This document shows positions 25,236-32,988 of a stretch of 64,000 nucleotides of DNA, piece after piece. The number at the start of each line of letters is the position of its first letter. The first letter of the stretch is position 1. The notes below the pieces were generated by a model. It did no database searches. It had not been told where the DNA came from and saw nothing but the letters and a program-made list of their open reading frames with translations. The DNA comes from an uncultured Methanoregulaceae archaeon (GTDB lineage Archaea > Halobacteriota > Methanomicrobia > Methanomicrobiales > Methanospirillaceae): the NCBI GenBank assembly GCA_963701095.1, contig OY969564.1, forward strand, positions 384,001-448,000, read 5' to 3'. The translations under genes were made by a program, and so were the position numbers.

Positions 25236-25395
25236 TCATATATACCGGGTCCGTGTTTGCCTGCCGTCTGGACCTGTCTCCCGGCACGGCGCAAAACCCT
25301 GTTCGAGGGTGCGGTTCATCCCGCCCGGACTCATCTCCCGTGTAGCCAGACAACCACCTGCCACCGTCATCTCTGGCTGCCGGGAAAATCACTCC

Positions 25396-26040
25396 ATGAA
25401 AACCTACCCTCCCCTGCCCGGGATACCGCAGTGCAACTCCACCTCCACACGAGGAAATAAAATTGTCTGGATGAATGGGCCTGAAGGATATCATTATTTC
25501 CGGCAGGTTGAATTTACTGTTTATCGAAATGAGCGCCCTGTAAACCTGGAATGGATTGTCGAGAATTGCCCCCGTATTAATCATATTAACGCATATGAAA
25601 AACCCCTTCCGTGGAATAAGATAGATGGCGATATGCAAACGATCCACGCGTGGTATCTTCGGAATTATGATTATGATTGTGACCCCGAAGGCAATTACAA
25701 ATTCGCCGCACCGGGTGAGGCAATTTTTCCATATCTTGTGGGATGGGTGCCGGGCTCAACATGTGGGGATTGTTACACTCTCGATAATCCACAAAATAAA
25801 ATCCCGCATTGGGTTATGACTAGGAAAAAATACGGAGACGGGAATTTTGGGTATTGTTATGATGCAATACACTACCGTGCTGACCACGCTCATACCCCCG
25901 GACAATACAACCACCTGAAAAGCATCGAATTGGATTTGGAAAATGCGTTAAGGGCGTACAAATCCACGCATAAAGAAAATTGGTTCGATCCCACATTATG
26001 GGATATGGGATTGGAACCTTCTGGATGGGGAATCCACTAA
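25396..26040 (+). CDS. Hypothetical protein (Trp/Tyr/His/Cys-rich)
   Basis: Likely start MKTYPPLPG at 25396; first gene of a closely spaced run leading into the Rep gene. Confidence 0.65.
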   Translation: MKTYPPLPGIPQCNSTSTRGNKIVWMNGPEGYHYFRQVEFTVYRNERPVNLEWIVENCPRINHINAYEKPLPWNKIDGDMQTIHAWYLRNYDYDCDPEGNYKFAAPGEAIFPYLVGWVPGSTCGDCYTLDNPQNKIPHWVMTRKKYGDGNFGYCYDAIHYRADHAHTPGQYNHLKSIELDLENALRAYKSTHKENWFDPTLWDMGLEPSGWGIH

Positions 26041-26051
26041 TCAAAATTTAG

Positions 26052-26273
26052 GTGAATAAAATGACTGAAAAAATAATTAATATCGATAACAGGGAGCGTG
26101 TTTTTGTTCCCTGTCAATGTAAAGACTGCCTGAATACAACCGCGTATATGGTAGGCGATACCTACCGGCGGAGATATTGCAATTTCCATTATCGACAAAT
26201 CCACAATGATCTAATTGCCAAAGGTGCGACGGCAGAAGAATTAAAGAAGGCACTTCTGGAGGATTTGGTATGA
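26052..26273 (+). CDS. Small zinc-finger-like protein
   Basis: CQCKDC...YCNFH; ATGA overlap with the next gene. Confidence 0.6.
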   Translation: MNKMTEKIINIDNRERVFVPCQCKDCLNTTAYMVGDTYRRRYCNFHYRQIHNDLIAKGATAEELKKALLEDLV

Positions 26274-27760
26274 CGGAAACTATACCCGGTCTGAATATCT
26301 CATTATCTGATCTGGATATTGAAACTCCGTTAATTCTTCATGGTTCTGATAAATACAACCACGATGAGACAATTCAAAAAATCATACAGATTCTTGTTTA
26401 TAACGAAGTGAACCAGAAGGATCTAAAATATGAAAGATTCTTAAAACCCTTAAAGAAGGGCGAACAGGAATCAAAATTTTATCCACTAACAAAGGACGAA
26501 TTAAAAATCTGTATCGAAAAATCAAAGGAAATAATTCTATCCATTCATCGGATGAATGAAGAGAAAACACAAGCAACAGAGGATCAACTCAACCAAGGAC
26601 GAGAAACCATACAGAAGATGAGAGAGGAGAGACTAGAGAAAGAAGAACAAAACAATATTGAACTTCTGGAATATGCCGGATCGATATTCTATGGAGGGGA
26701 TTTCATCGAATATTGTAAGGCGGTTTTTGAAAAGATATGGTATGGAGATGAGTATGTACTAGAGGCGGTTCTTTATCAATCAGCAATTGCCAGAATGAAA
26801 AACCCCTATGATGGGTTGCATCTTCATATTGCCGGATCAACACAGATGGGAAAATCTGATAGTATAGTTCATTCTCTCTATTTCGTTCATCCTTCTGACG
26901 TTCTGAATATGAAATTCTCAAAACAATGGATGTTCTATACCAAAAAATTACATGAAAGAATGATTCTGTTTAACGATGATGTGACGATGGGACCGGATGA
27001 GGCGCAACACCTGCGGGCATTTCTCACTTCTTGGAAGACGGGAAACAAAAGAGGAGTTGTAATAAATGGGGATGAAAGGGAATTATCAATTCCCCGGCGT
27101 GTAAGTCTCATCTTAACAAGTGTGGAAAATGTTTCTAAAGAATCTGAAGATGCACAAGACGAAAGCAGGTTCTTAACGGTGAATATGCGAAACAGATCAC
27201 CGGAAACAGAGAAAGCAGTAAGAAAATTCATGCAGCAACCCCCGGTTGACATATCACGAGAACTAAAAATAATCCATCTGATATGGGATTATTTCGTAGA
27301 GCCAGAAAAAATAAAGGTTGAACTTCACGACACGATAGAAAAAGAAATGCCAAACAGGGAGTTTAAGCGATTTCTTTCAATGATACAGGCACATGCTCTC
27401 CTTTGCGGTAGAACAAAAACGACTAAAGAAGATACGGATGCAATAGATATTTTCTTACTAAACACGCGTCCGATGTTAAACGCAACCACGGCGGGATTTA
27501 CCAATAACGAATTGTGTGTATCCGAATGTCTCAGTACGGAAAATTGGATGAGCACAAGGGAGATACAAGAGAAAACAGGTATGAGTTATGCAAATGTAGC
27601 AAGGGCATTACATGGTAACAAAGGTACTTTTGAGAATCCAACCAATGGACTTTTGGTAAAATCCAAAATCCAACAGAAATTAAACAGAGATGAAAATGAA
27701 AACAACGTTCGAAAATTCAAGAAAATGGTGGTTGGTGCGGCAGTACAGACAAAATTTTAA
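26270..27760 (+). CDS. Putative replication protein: AAA+ (MCM-like) ATPase/helicase with C-terminal wHTH
   Basis: Walker A GSTQMGKS, Walker B ILFNDD, Arg finger ESRFL, sensor-2-like REFKRFLSMIQAHALL..R..TKED, HTH MSTREIQEKTGMSYANVARAL; PriCT-1-like PLTKDELKICIEKS. Confidence 0.75.
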   Translation: MTETIPGLNISLSDLDIETPLILHGSDKYNHDETIQKIIQILVYNEVNQKDLKYERFLKPLKKGEQESKFYPLTKDELKICIEKSKEIILSIHRMNEEKTQATEDQLNQGRETIQKMREERLEKEEQNNIELLEYAGSIFYGGDFIEYCKAVFEKIWYGDEYVLEAVLYQSAIARMKNPYDGLHLHIAGSTQMGKSDSIVHSLYFVHPSDVLNMKFSKQWMFYTKKLHERMILFNDDVTMGPDEAQHLRAFLTSWKTGNKRGVVINGDERELSIPRRVSLILTSVENVSKESEDAQDESRFLTVNMRNRSPETEKAVRKFMQQPPVDISRELKIIHLIWDYFVEPEKIKVELHDTIEKEMPNREFKRFLSMIQAHALLCGRTKTTKEDTDAIDIFLLNTRPMLNATTAGFTNNELCVSECLSTENWMSTREIQEKTGMSYANVARALHGNKGTFENPTNGLLVKSKIQQKLNRDENENNVRKFKKMVVGAAVQTKF

Positions 27761-27777
27761 AAATTAAAATACGCCCG

Positions 27778-28072
27778 ATTAACACGGATTACGCGGAATT
27801 ACACAGCAATTTACACACTTTTTTTTAAACCTTCGGGGCCATTTACACATTTACACGTTTTTTGGTGTTTGCGAGCAAGCAACCAAAAAAATATTTTCAA
27901 AATTCATACGCGTTCTATGAAAATCATTATACACGTTCTAAAAATGAAAAATATTTTTCAAAATACCCCCCTCTCATTTTTGTGTAAATAGGTGTAAATG
28001 TGTAAATGCTCCTCTATAATAATAAAAAATAATAATGTAAATAGGTGTAAATAGGTGTAAATCATTGTTAAT
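27778..28072. repeat. Inverted iteron-like arrays flanking an AT-rich core (putative replication origin)
   Basis: ATTTACAC and variants at 27778, 27788, 27798, 27809, 27841, 27849; reverse complement GTGTAAAT at 27982, 27992, 28000, (28036), 28045, 28055. Confidence 0.8.
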
Positions 28073-28321
28073 GGACAAAACGGAGTTTAATTCTTTGTCC
28101 GTTTCCACTTTTTCAGAGGTGCGTATTCATAACTATATCCACAAAGTTATGAACTTCATATACATTCTATCCCACCACCCGGCGCTTCAATATGCGTTCT
28201 GTTATGAACCGCTCATAACCCCCCGTGGAGGGTTTCATCTCGCGTTCTGTTATGAATTATCCCAACACCCGCGTTCTATCCAGCAATCGATCCAACCCAG
28301 TTACCCCACAACGCCCGCGTG

Positions 28322-28414
28322 GTTATACAACTTCGACGTAGTTATACAACTTGTTTTGTGGTTGTATAACTTCGACGTGAATATAGTTGTATAACTTCCT
28401 TGTAGTAATACAAC
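28322..28414. repeat. Array of five quasi-palindromic GTTRTAYAAC 10-mers
   Basis: GTTATACAAC at 28322 and 28341, GTTGTATAAC at 28361 and 28386, GTAATACAAC at 28405; two are followed by TTCGACGT. Confidence 0.8.
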
Positions 28415-28472
28415 CATTATAGGGCTTTGTACCTAAAGTCCGATCAAGGATGAGTCAAACTTGGCGACAACA

Positions 28473-29063
28473 TCACTCATGCCTTTGGTTTTGCCACTTT
28501 TTCCACGCAGAAAGGATCATTGACGCCTCAAGGGGAGTTTTAGGCGAATTGGTTAAGCGCATCCCGCCTAACCGCCCGCGCAGATATAAAGCATCAGTGT
28601 CTTTAGGTGTAAACCGCAACACATAATCTAGGCACCACAACGCTTCCTGATATCGCTTAAGATTAAAGAGCGCCCACGAATAGTTATACAGCGTCGCACA
28701 ATTAACCACCGGCAGGGTGTTGGCCTTCTGGCTACCGAGCAACAGGAGGATTAATCCGGCGATGCTCTCGTTTTGATTGTCTATGTAAAAATCCCCCACA
28801 CCCTCTATCAGTAGATTGCCACGTAACGATTTCTCCCATGCCAGCAACGCAGCTGGGAGATCACCTATATTTGAATAGGCATAACCCAATGTCCACCAGT
28901 CAAAAAGTGTCATGCTCTCTGGTGGAACCTCTTTCATCGTCGTAATGCACTTTTCCCATTCCTTCGCACTGGCGAACTTTGTTGCATCCTTGGCAAGTGA
29001 GTGCGTCTCCATCGGGTATGGCTTCGTTTTCTCCTTCTTTTTCAGAAAGTCAAAAATGCCCAT
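28473..29063 (-). CDS. Tetratricopeptide repeat protein
   Basis: WWTLGYAYSNIGDLPAALLAWEKSL and LYNYSWALFNLKRYQEALWCLDYVLRFTPKDTDALYLRG; start MGIFDFLKK. Confidence 0.8.
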   Translation of the reverse strand: MGIFDFLKKKEKTKPYPMETHSLAKDATKFASAKEWEKCITTMKEVPPESMTLFDWWTLGYAYSNIGDLPAALLAWEKSLRGNLLIEGVGDFYIDNQNESIAGLILLLLGSQKANTLPVVNCATLYNYSWALFNLKRYQEALWCLDYVLRFTPKDTDALYLRGRLGGMRLTNSPKTPLEASMILSAWKKWQNQRHE

Positions 29064-29323
29064 TGTTATCAACTAAATTATCATTTCAAAAATATATTAA
29101 GTTCGGGCTAGGGCTTAATGTCAGAGTTCTTCATTAAGACCACCGCGAGACTTACGCATAAGATAAAAAAAAGATTGTGGGCTTTTTGGAATGCTGGACA
29201 GGTAAGAAACACATCCGCTCTTATATTTTAGGTGCAAGTCAAAGACTTTAGGTGCAGAACGCAACTTCAGATGCCCCATTATAGGAAATGTTTATATACA
29301 TAAATTATCTAGGCATATATATT

Positions 29324-29611
29324 ATGATTGGTTCTGACAAACAAATGGTTAACGTTGCGCTTCTCCGTGAAGATGTCGAACGCATTAAGAAATTGAAGAA
29401 ACCTGTATCGGAGTTTTGCTGTGAGACGGTAAGCGAACGATTAAGGATTATCGAATTGGCAAAAGAGAACACGGTGCAGGATTGGATGTATGTGGATGCA
29501 GACACGGTGACGGATACAGACCAGATAGTTATTGAGCCGGATCCGGTTCATGATGATCCCCCGGTTATGAAAACAAACCCGGATTGGTCTAAACTTTTTG
29601 CCAGAGTATAG
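29324..29611 (+). CDS. Small putative ribbon-helix-helix/CopG-like regulator
   Basis: MVNVALLREDVERIKKLKKPVSEFCCETVSERL fits a strand-helix-helix pattern; TTTATATA box upstream. Confidence 0.5.
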   Translation: MIGSDKQMVNVALLREDVERIKKLKKPVSEFCCETVSERLRIIELAKENTVQDWMYVDADTVTDTDQIVIEPDPVHDDPPVMKTNPDWSKLFARV

Positions 29612-29905
29612 ACGCGTATTACATCATCATGAAATAGAAATCATACGCGTTCTATCGTCGCTGCTAATAATAATAAAATCGCATAGCGCGGTTTCTGTGG
29701 TTTTTACACAAACCACATGCACTTATGCGATCCGGCAGCACTTTTGCCACTGGGCGCAATCTGTGCGGGTCACGGAATGATGTGAGCGGGTGGAGGGAAT
29801 CAACATCTTGATGAATCATCAAAAGCGTATTTTGAAATTCATAAATACATTTATGATTTTCACCAAACCGATAGGTATTTGCCCATTTGAATAAATCAAT
29901 CGTGT

Positions 29906-30130
29906 ATGGTAAAATGGGAAATCATTATACCCGGTATAATTTGTTTCGTAATTGGTATAGCGGCAATTGTTTATGCAGCAAGTTTGGGAACTTCGTCTAA
30001 TATCCCCAATACTTCGTGGACAGAATCACAAATTCTTGGATATCCCGTCCGGGTAATTGGTGAATATATCTTTGGAGTTAGTTTGATTATAATAGGGCCT
30101 TATTTGATGAATAAAGGGTGGAAGTTCTAA
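29906..30130 (+). CDS. Small 2-TM membrane protein
   Basis: Two hydrophobic helices; converges on the minus-strand operon. Confidence 0.6.
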   Translation: MVKWEIIIPGIICFVIGIAAIVYAASLGTSSNIPNTSWTESQILGYPVRVIGEYIFGVSLIIIGPYLMNKGWKF

Positions 30131-30324
30131 CATCCTACCCTTTTAACTTCGATAAATGCGCCACTTATCGTTAAAATTGTAGCAATGAGAACCATGTAAA
30201 AACCACTATCCAAATTTTCTGGAATTCGTAAATATTCACCTAATAGAAGTTCAACCATAATGATACCAGCAATTCCCATAAACCAATAGGCAATTAATTT
30301 TTGATTGTCTCTAAAAAATGTCAT
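30127..30324 (-). CDS. Small 2-TM membrane protein
   Basis: Hydrophobic 65-aa ORF, ATGA overlap with the upstream gene. Confidence 0.6.
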   Translation of the reverse strand: MTFFRDNQKLIAYWFMGIAGIIMVELLLGEYLRIPENLDSGFYMVLIATILTISGAFIEVKRVGC

Positions 30325-30602
30325 AGATTACACTCCTCTATCTTCACACTTCCCAACCACGCACCAAAAAATACCAGGCAAAAGGCAAGCACGATTAAAT
30401 CCCCGATGAGAGCATACCCACCGTACTGAGCCGGCGCCGTGTGTATTGTATCGGTGAATCCAGCCATCATGTTTGAATAGTACGCATCCACGATCCGGGG
30501 CATTATCGAAGAGAAAAACGCCAATATCAAAAAAGAGGGTATGAGGATAAAGGAAAGTCTAGTTTTTATTGGAGATCTCCTTATCTCGTATGCGGTTATC
30601 AT
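30321..30602 (-). CDS. Small 2-TM membrane protein
   Basis: Hydrophobic 93-aa ORF, ATGA-coupled on both sides. Confidence 0.6.
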   Translation of the reverse strand: MITAYEIRRSPIKTRLSFILIPSFLILAFFSSIMPRIVDAYYSNMMAGFTDTIHTAPAQYGGYALIGDLIVLAFCLVFFGAWLGSVKIEECNL

Positions 30603-30727
30603 TTTTCCAACCGCACAACAAGATCCGGATACACTTCTAATATTCCCAAAAGTGCCTCTTCGGGAATATCTACCAACACCCCGCCGTCTTTAATTTCTAA
30701 TCCGGTATCAGTCGTATCCAAAATCAT
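30599..30727 (-). CDS. 42-aa acidic hypothetical protein (not in ORF track)
   Basis: MILDTTDTGLEIKDGGVLVDIPEEALLGILEVYPDLVVRLEK; stop overlaps the next ATG. Confidence 0.55.
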   Translation of the reverse strand: MILDTTDTGLEIKDGGVLVDIPEEALLGILEVYPDLVVRLEK

Positions 30728-30869
30728 CCCCATCCTCAAACTGGTGCTCCAGCTTCCATGCAAAGTCCTCATTTCTCTGCGCCAAAAATGCCAGTTCTTC
30801 TATGGATGCATAAAACGGTTCTCCGTTTTCATCGGCAATCACTGTGTAAAATTCGTTTTTACGCACCAT
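30708..30869 (-). CDS. 53-aa acidic hypothetical protein (not in ORF track)
   Basis: MVRKNEFYTVIADENGEPFYASIEELAFLAQRNEDFAWKLEHQFEDGDDFGYD; TGATG coupling to the upstream ORF. Confidence 0.55.
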   Translation of the reverse strand: MVRKNEFYTVIADENGEPFYASIEELAFLAQRNEDFAWKLEHQFEDGDDFGYD

Positions 30870-31015
30870 CAGAAATCACGTGGTTCTCCTGTCTCACGGC
30901 ATAATTCCCGGCAGCATTTTGTACAAATTATCGCCAATGGTGTATCGAAATACTGCCGGCGCTTGTGCGTTTCACAGAGACGGCATTTCCTTACTCTCCA
31001 CGGGCCGGAACTCAT
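30869..31015 (-). CDS. 48-aa zinc-finger microprotein
   Basis: CRLC...CTKCC..LC; starts 5 bp after the stop of 31020..31331. Confidence 0.55.
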   Translation of the reverse strand: MSSGPWRVRKCRLCETHKRRQYFDTPLAIICTKCCRELCRETGEPRDF

Positions 31016-31019
31016 GATA

Positions 31020-31331
31020 TCACAAAATCCTTTTCCCCATCGCATATACCGCCGTGCCGCTTCCAAACGCCGGTCTTTTCTTGGCAGCGGGCCGGTGTTG
31101 GGTTTGTGCTCTCTGTTGTGCGGTTTGTGCCCGCTGTGCATACGCGGCAGCTTCCCCGGGTGTGATTATTTTCCCGTTCAAACTTCGATACCCCTGATTT
31201 GCCAGATACTTCATTGCCGCTTGTGATATTGCCGCTTGCGAAGCGCCGGGATTTGCACGGGCGATTTTGTTATAAATCGCGTTAAATGCTGCTTGTGCCG
31301 CTGGACTTGCATTTAGTTTAGGTGGTGTCAT
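31020..31331 (-). CDS. Basic Ala/Gln-rich hypothetical protein
   Basis: 103-aa ORF, nearly no acidic residues, ATGA-coupled. Confidence 0.6.
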   Translation of the reverse strand: MTPPKLNASPAAQAAFNAIYNKIARANPGASQAAISQAAMKYLANQGYRSLNGKIITPGEAAAYAQRAQTAQQRAQTQHRPAAKKRPAFGSGTAVYAMGKRIL

Positions 31332-31534
31332 GTGCGATCACTCCCTCTAAACGACGCGCCGGCCACATGTGCATTTTTACGACTATGCGGAATGCGGAGT
31401 TTGAGATTTGAACTTGTCTTAACCCGTGTGTAGATTTCATTCCCTGTCACCACCACGGCCACCAAAGAAAGAAAATCGTTTCTTTTCTCCCTGTTCTGCA
31501 TTCTTGCTAATTCTACCGAGAAACCCGGTTTCAT
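31328..31534 (-). CDS. Hypothetical protein
   Basis: 68-aa ORF coupled to the downstream gene. Confidence 0.4.
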   Translation of the reverse strand: MKPGFSVELARMQNREKRNDFLSLVAVVVTGNEIYTRVKTSSNLKLRIPHSRKNAHVAGASFRGSDRT

Positions 31535-31620
31535 TATTTATGTTTTGATTTACACGATCCCACTGTGAACCCTTCTTATCTAAAAATCCCATATTAATCA
31601 CGTCCTGAATTTTTCTTAAA

Positions 31621-31737
31621 TCAACCGATATTCAAACCACGATTTACTTTTTCATTATATCTGGTGATATCCCCTTCCGCATCCTTCCGGATCGGCACTT
31701 CTTGCTTTTCACGAATGATAAAAATTCTATCCATCAT
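31621..31737 (-). CDS. 38-aa hypothetical protein
   Basis: MMDRIFIIREKQEV...; TAATG coupling to 31737..32309. Confidence 0.4.
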   Translation of the reverse strand: MMDRIFIIREKQEVPIRKDAEGDITRYNEKVNRGLNIG

Positions 31738-32309
31738 TACCGCCTCCGTGAGGGTTTCTTTTTTCTTTTCGCTGTAGTGGATTTTTTTGGAAGACTTGAA
31801 CCAATACCAAACCCGCCTCCGGACATAAGACCAGACATGCCAGGAACAGAACTTGGAACAGACCAAAGAGAATGATAATTATCATTCGCAGTTTTTTTAT
31901 TCGATACTCCTATAGGCGCAGTAACCCATGTACCAGAAACATTCTCCCAGCCACTACTACGCATTGCCTCATGTCTGCGATTTGCGACGTTTGAACCTTC
32001 TACATATCGAGAGGTTGTTTTTTGGATCGCACCATGAACTTTACCCGCAACCCGGCGCACCTTCGTGAGTATCGGGTGTTTCTTTTCGTATTCTTCCTTG
32101 TCCTTTGCCGGTTTCTGTTGCTCACGGAGTTTTTTGTTTAAGTCCCGGCGTGCCTGTTGATTAGCAGGGACTCCGTTAACTTTCACATTCTGCGAGCGGG
32201 AACCACGGGCGGGAGATTGTTTTTGAGGCTGTTGTTTCTGGTGATTCTTCATCCACTCAACATACTCGGCCCCGGTTAGCCCCTCTGGTGCGTCATCTTG
32301 CATAATCAC
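31737..32309 (-). CDS. Highly basic low-complexity hypothetical protein
   Basis: 190 aa, K/R/Q-rich, Gly-rich segment then C-terminal KKSTTAKRKKKPSRRR. Confidence 0.65.
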   Translation of the reverse strand: MIMQDDAPEGLTGAEYVEWMKNHQKQQPQKQSPARGSRSQNVKVNGVPANQQARRDLNKKLREQQKPAKDKEEYEKKHPILTKVRRVAGKVHGAIQKTTSRYVEGSNVANRRHEAMRSSGWENVSGTWVTAPIGVSNKKTANDNYHSLWSVPSSVPGMSGLMSGGGFGIGSSLPKKSTTAKRKKKPSRRR

Positions 32310-32473
32310 AACTCCCCGATCTCCTCCATACAGGACAGAACTTGTTTGTTTACTCGCCTGTGTGTGCCGATGTGATCTTGTACATAGGCACTATGAAGTG
32401 CATCCTCATGGTTTTTGTATTGAGAATGAACGCGCTGCTTTTTTCGTCTAACAATTATTTTTGCAATTACCAT
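32306..32473 (-). CDS. 55-aa basic hypothetical protein (not in ORF track)
   Basis: MVIAKIIVRRKKQRVHSQYKNHEDALHSAY...; overlaps the start of the next gene. Confidence 0.5.
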   Translation of the reverse strand: MVIAKIIVRRKKQRVHSQYKNHEDALHSAYVQDHIGTHRRVNKQVLSCMEEIGEL

Positions 32474-32479
32474 TTTTCT

Positions 32480-32668
32480 TCACCTTACTCCTGAAAACAA
32501 AATATCGACGTGTAACAATATCCCGCACAACTTCCGCCCGATACCCGCGATCTTCCCAAGACCGGGCTTCTGCTCGGGCATATCTGATACCCGCCGGCCC
32601 ACTTTTGAGACCCTAATACCGGGGCGACCGTCGATAATCGGGTTGTGTGTTTGAATGTGACGTGTCAT
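32480..32668 (-). CDS. Hypothetical protein, first gene of the minus-strand operon
   Basis: 62-aa ORF; TATA-rich tract at ~32710-32750 upstream. Confidence 0.5.
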   Translation of the reverse strand: MTRHIQTHNPIIDGRPGIRVSKVGRRVSDMPEQKPGLGKIAGIGRKLCGILLHVDILFSGVR

Positions 32669-32826
32669 CGGTTTTTCTCTCTATTTCTTCAATCAATATT
32701 AGACAGAAGATATAAGTACTGCTATATACTTATAGTATTTAAATATATCTACACAAATCGCGTATTACAACGACGGAGAAAGAACACACGCGCACATGCG
32801 CGGAAAGAAAATGCAAAAATCAAGCG

Positions 32827-32952
32827 CGGGGCGGTGTCCAGGTGGTATCTGCTGACGGGAAACCGTACCATATCCGGAACCGGCTCACTCTCTGCCGGTG
32901 CGGGAAATCACAGAACAAGCCGTTCTGCGATGGGAGTCATGCACAGCATTGA
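32827..32952 (+). pseudogene. 3' remnant of a CDGSH iron-sulfur domain gene
   Basis: RGGVQVVSADGKPYHIRNRLTLCRCGKSQNKPFCDGSHAQH*; no in-frame start back to the TAA at 32740. Confidence 0.88.
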
Positions 32953-32988
32953 CATAATAAGAATGATCACAGAGGAGTGAAAAGAACC

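Larger units (their letters stand above)
24450..32825. mobile_element. Putative integrated plasmid/virus-like element (left boundary uncertain, 24.45-25.24 kb)
   Basis: Orphan ORFs, AAA+ helicase-like Rep, iteron-like origin, RHH-like gene, operon of tiny overlapping ORFs; AT-richer look in the core; right edge truncates a CDGSH gene; no integrase or att repeat seen. Confidence 0.7.

Noticed and set aside
25245..25390. Known riboswitch or hammerhead ribozyme
   Set aside because: No c-di-GMP-I or CUGAUGA/GAAA consensus on either strand; kept only as an unassigned structure
28065..28394. 109-aa ORF
   Set aside because: Its repeated peptides (AFCYE, WLYNFDV) just translate the DNA repeat arrays; probably non-coding
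27778..28414. CRISPR array
   Set aside because: Units are 8-10 bp, in both orientations, with no 30-40 bp unique spacers and no cas genes
24507..32822. Terminal inverted repeats for the integrated element
   Set aside because: Best match seen is only about 16 of 23 nt (GATT...TTTCCGCG), largely T-rich; too weak to call
24300..32900. tRNA or att direct repeat at the element boundaries
   Set aside because: No cloverleaf or duplicated attachment sequence was found by eye
32645..32980. 111-aa + strand ORF across the junction
   Set aside because: It is out of frame with the clear CDGSH remnant and crosses a TATA-rich promoter tract
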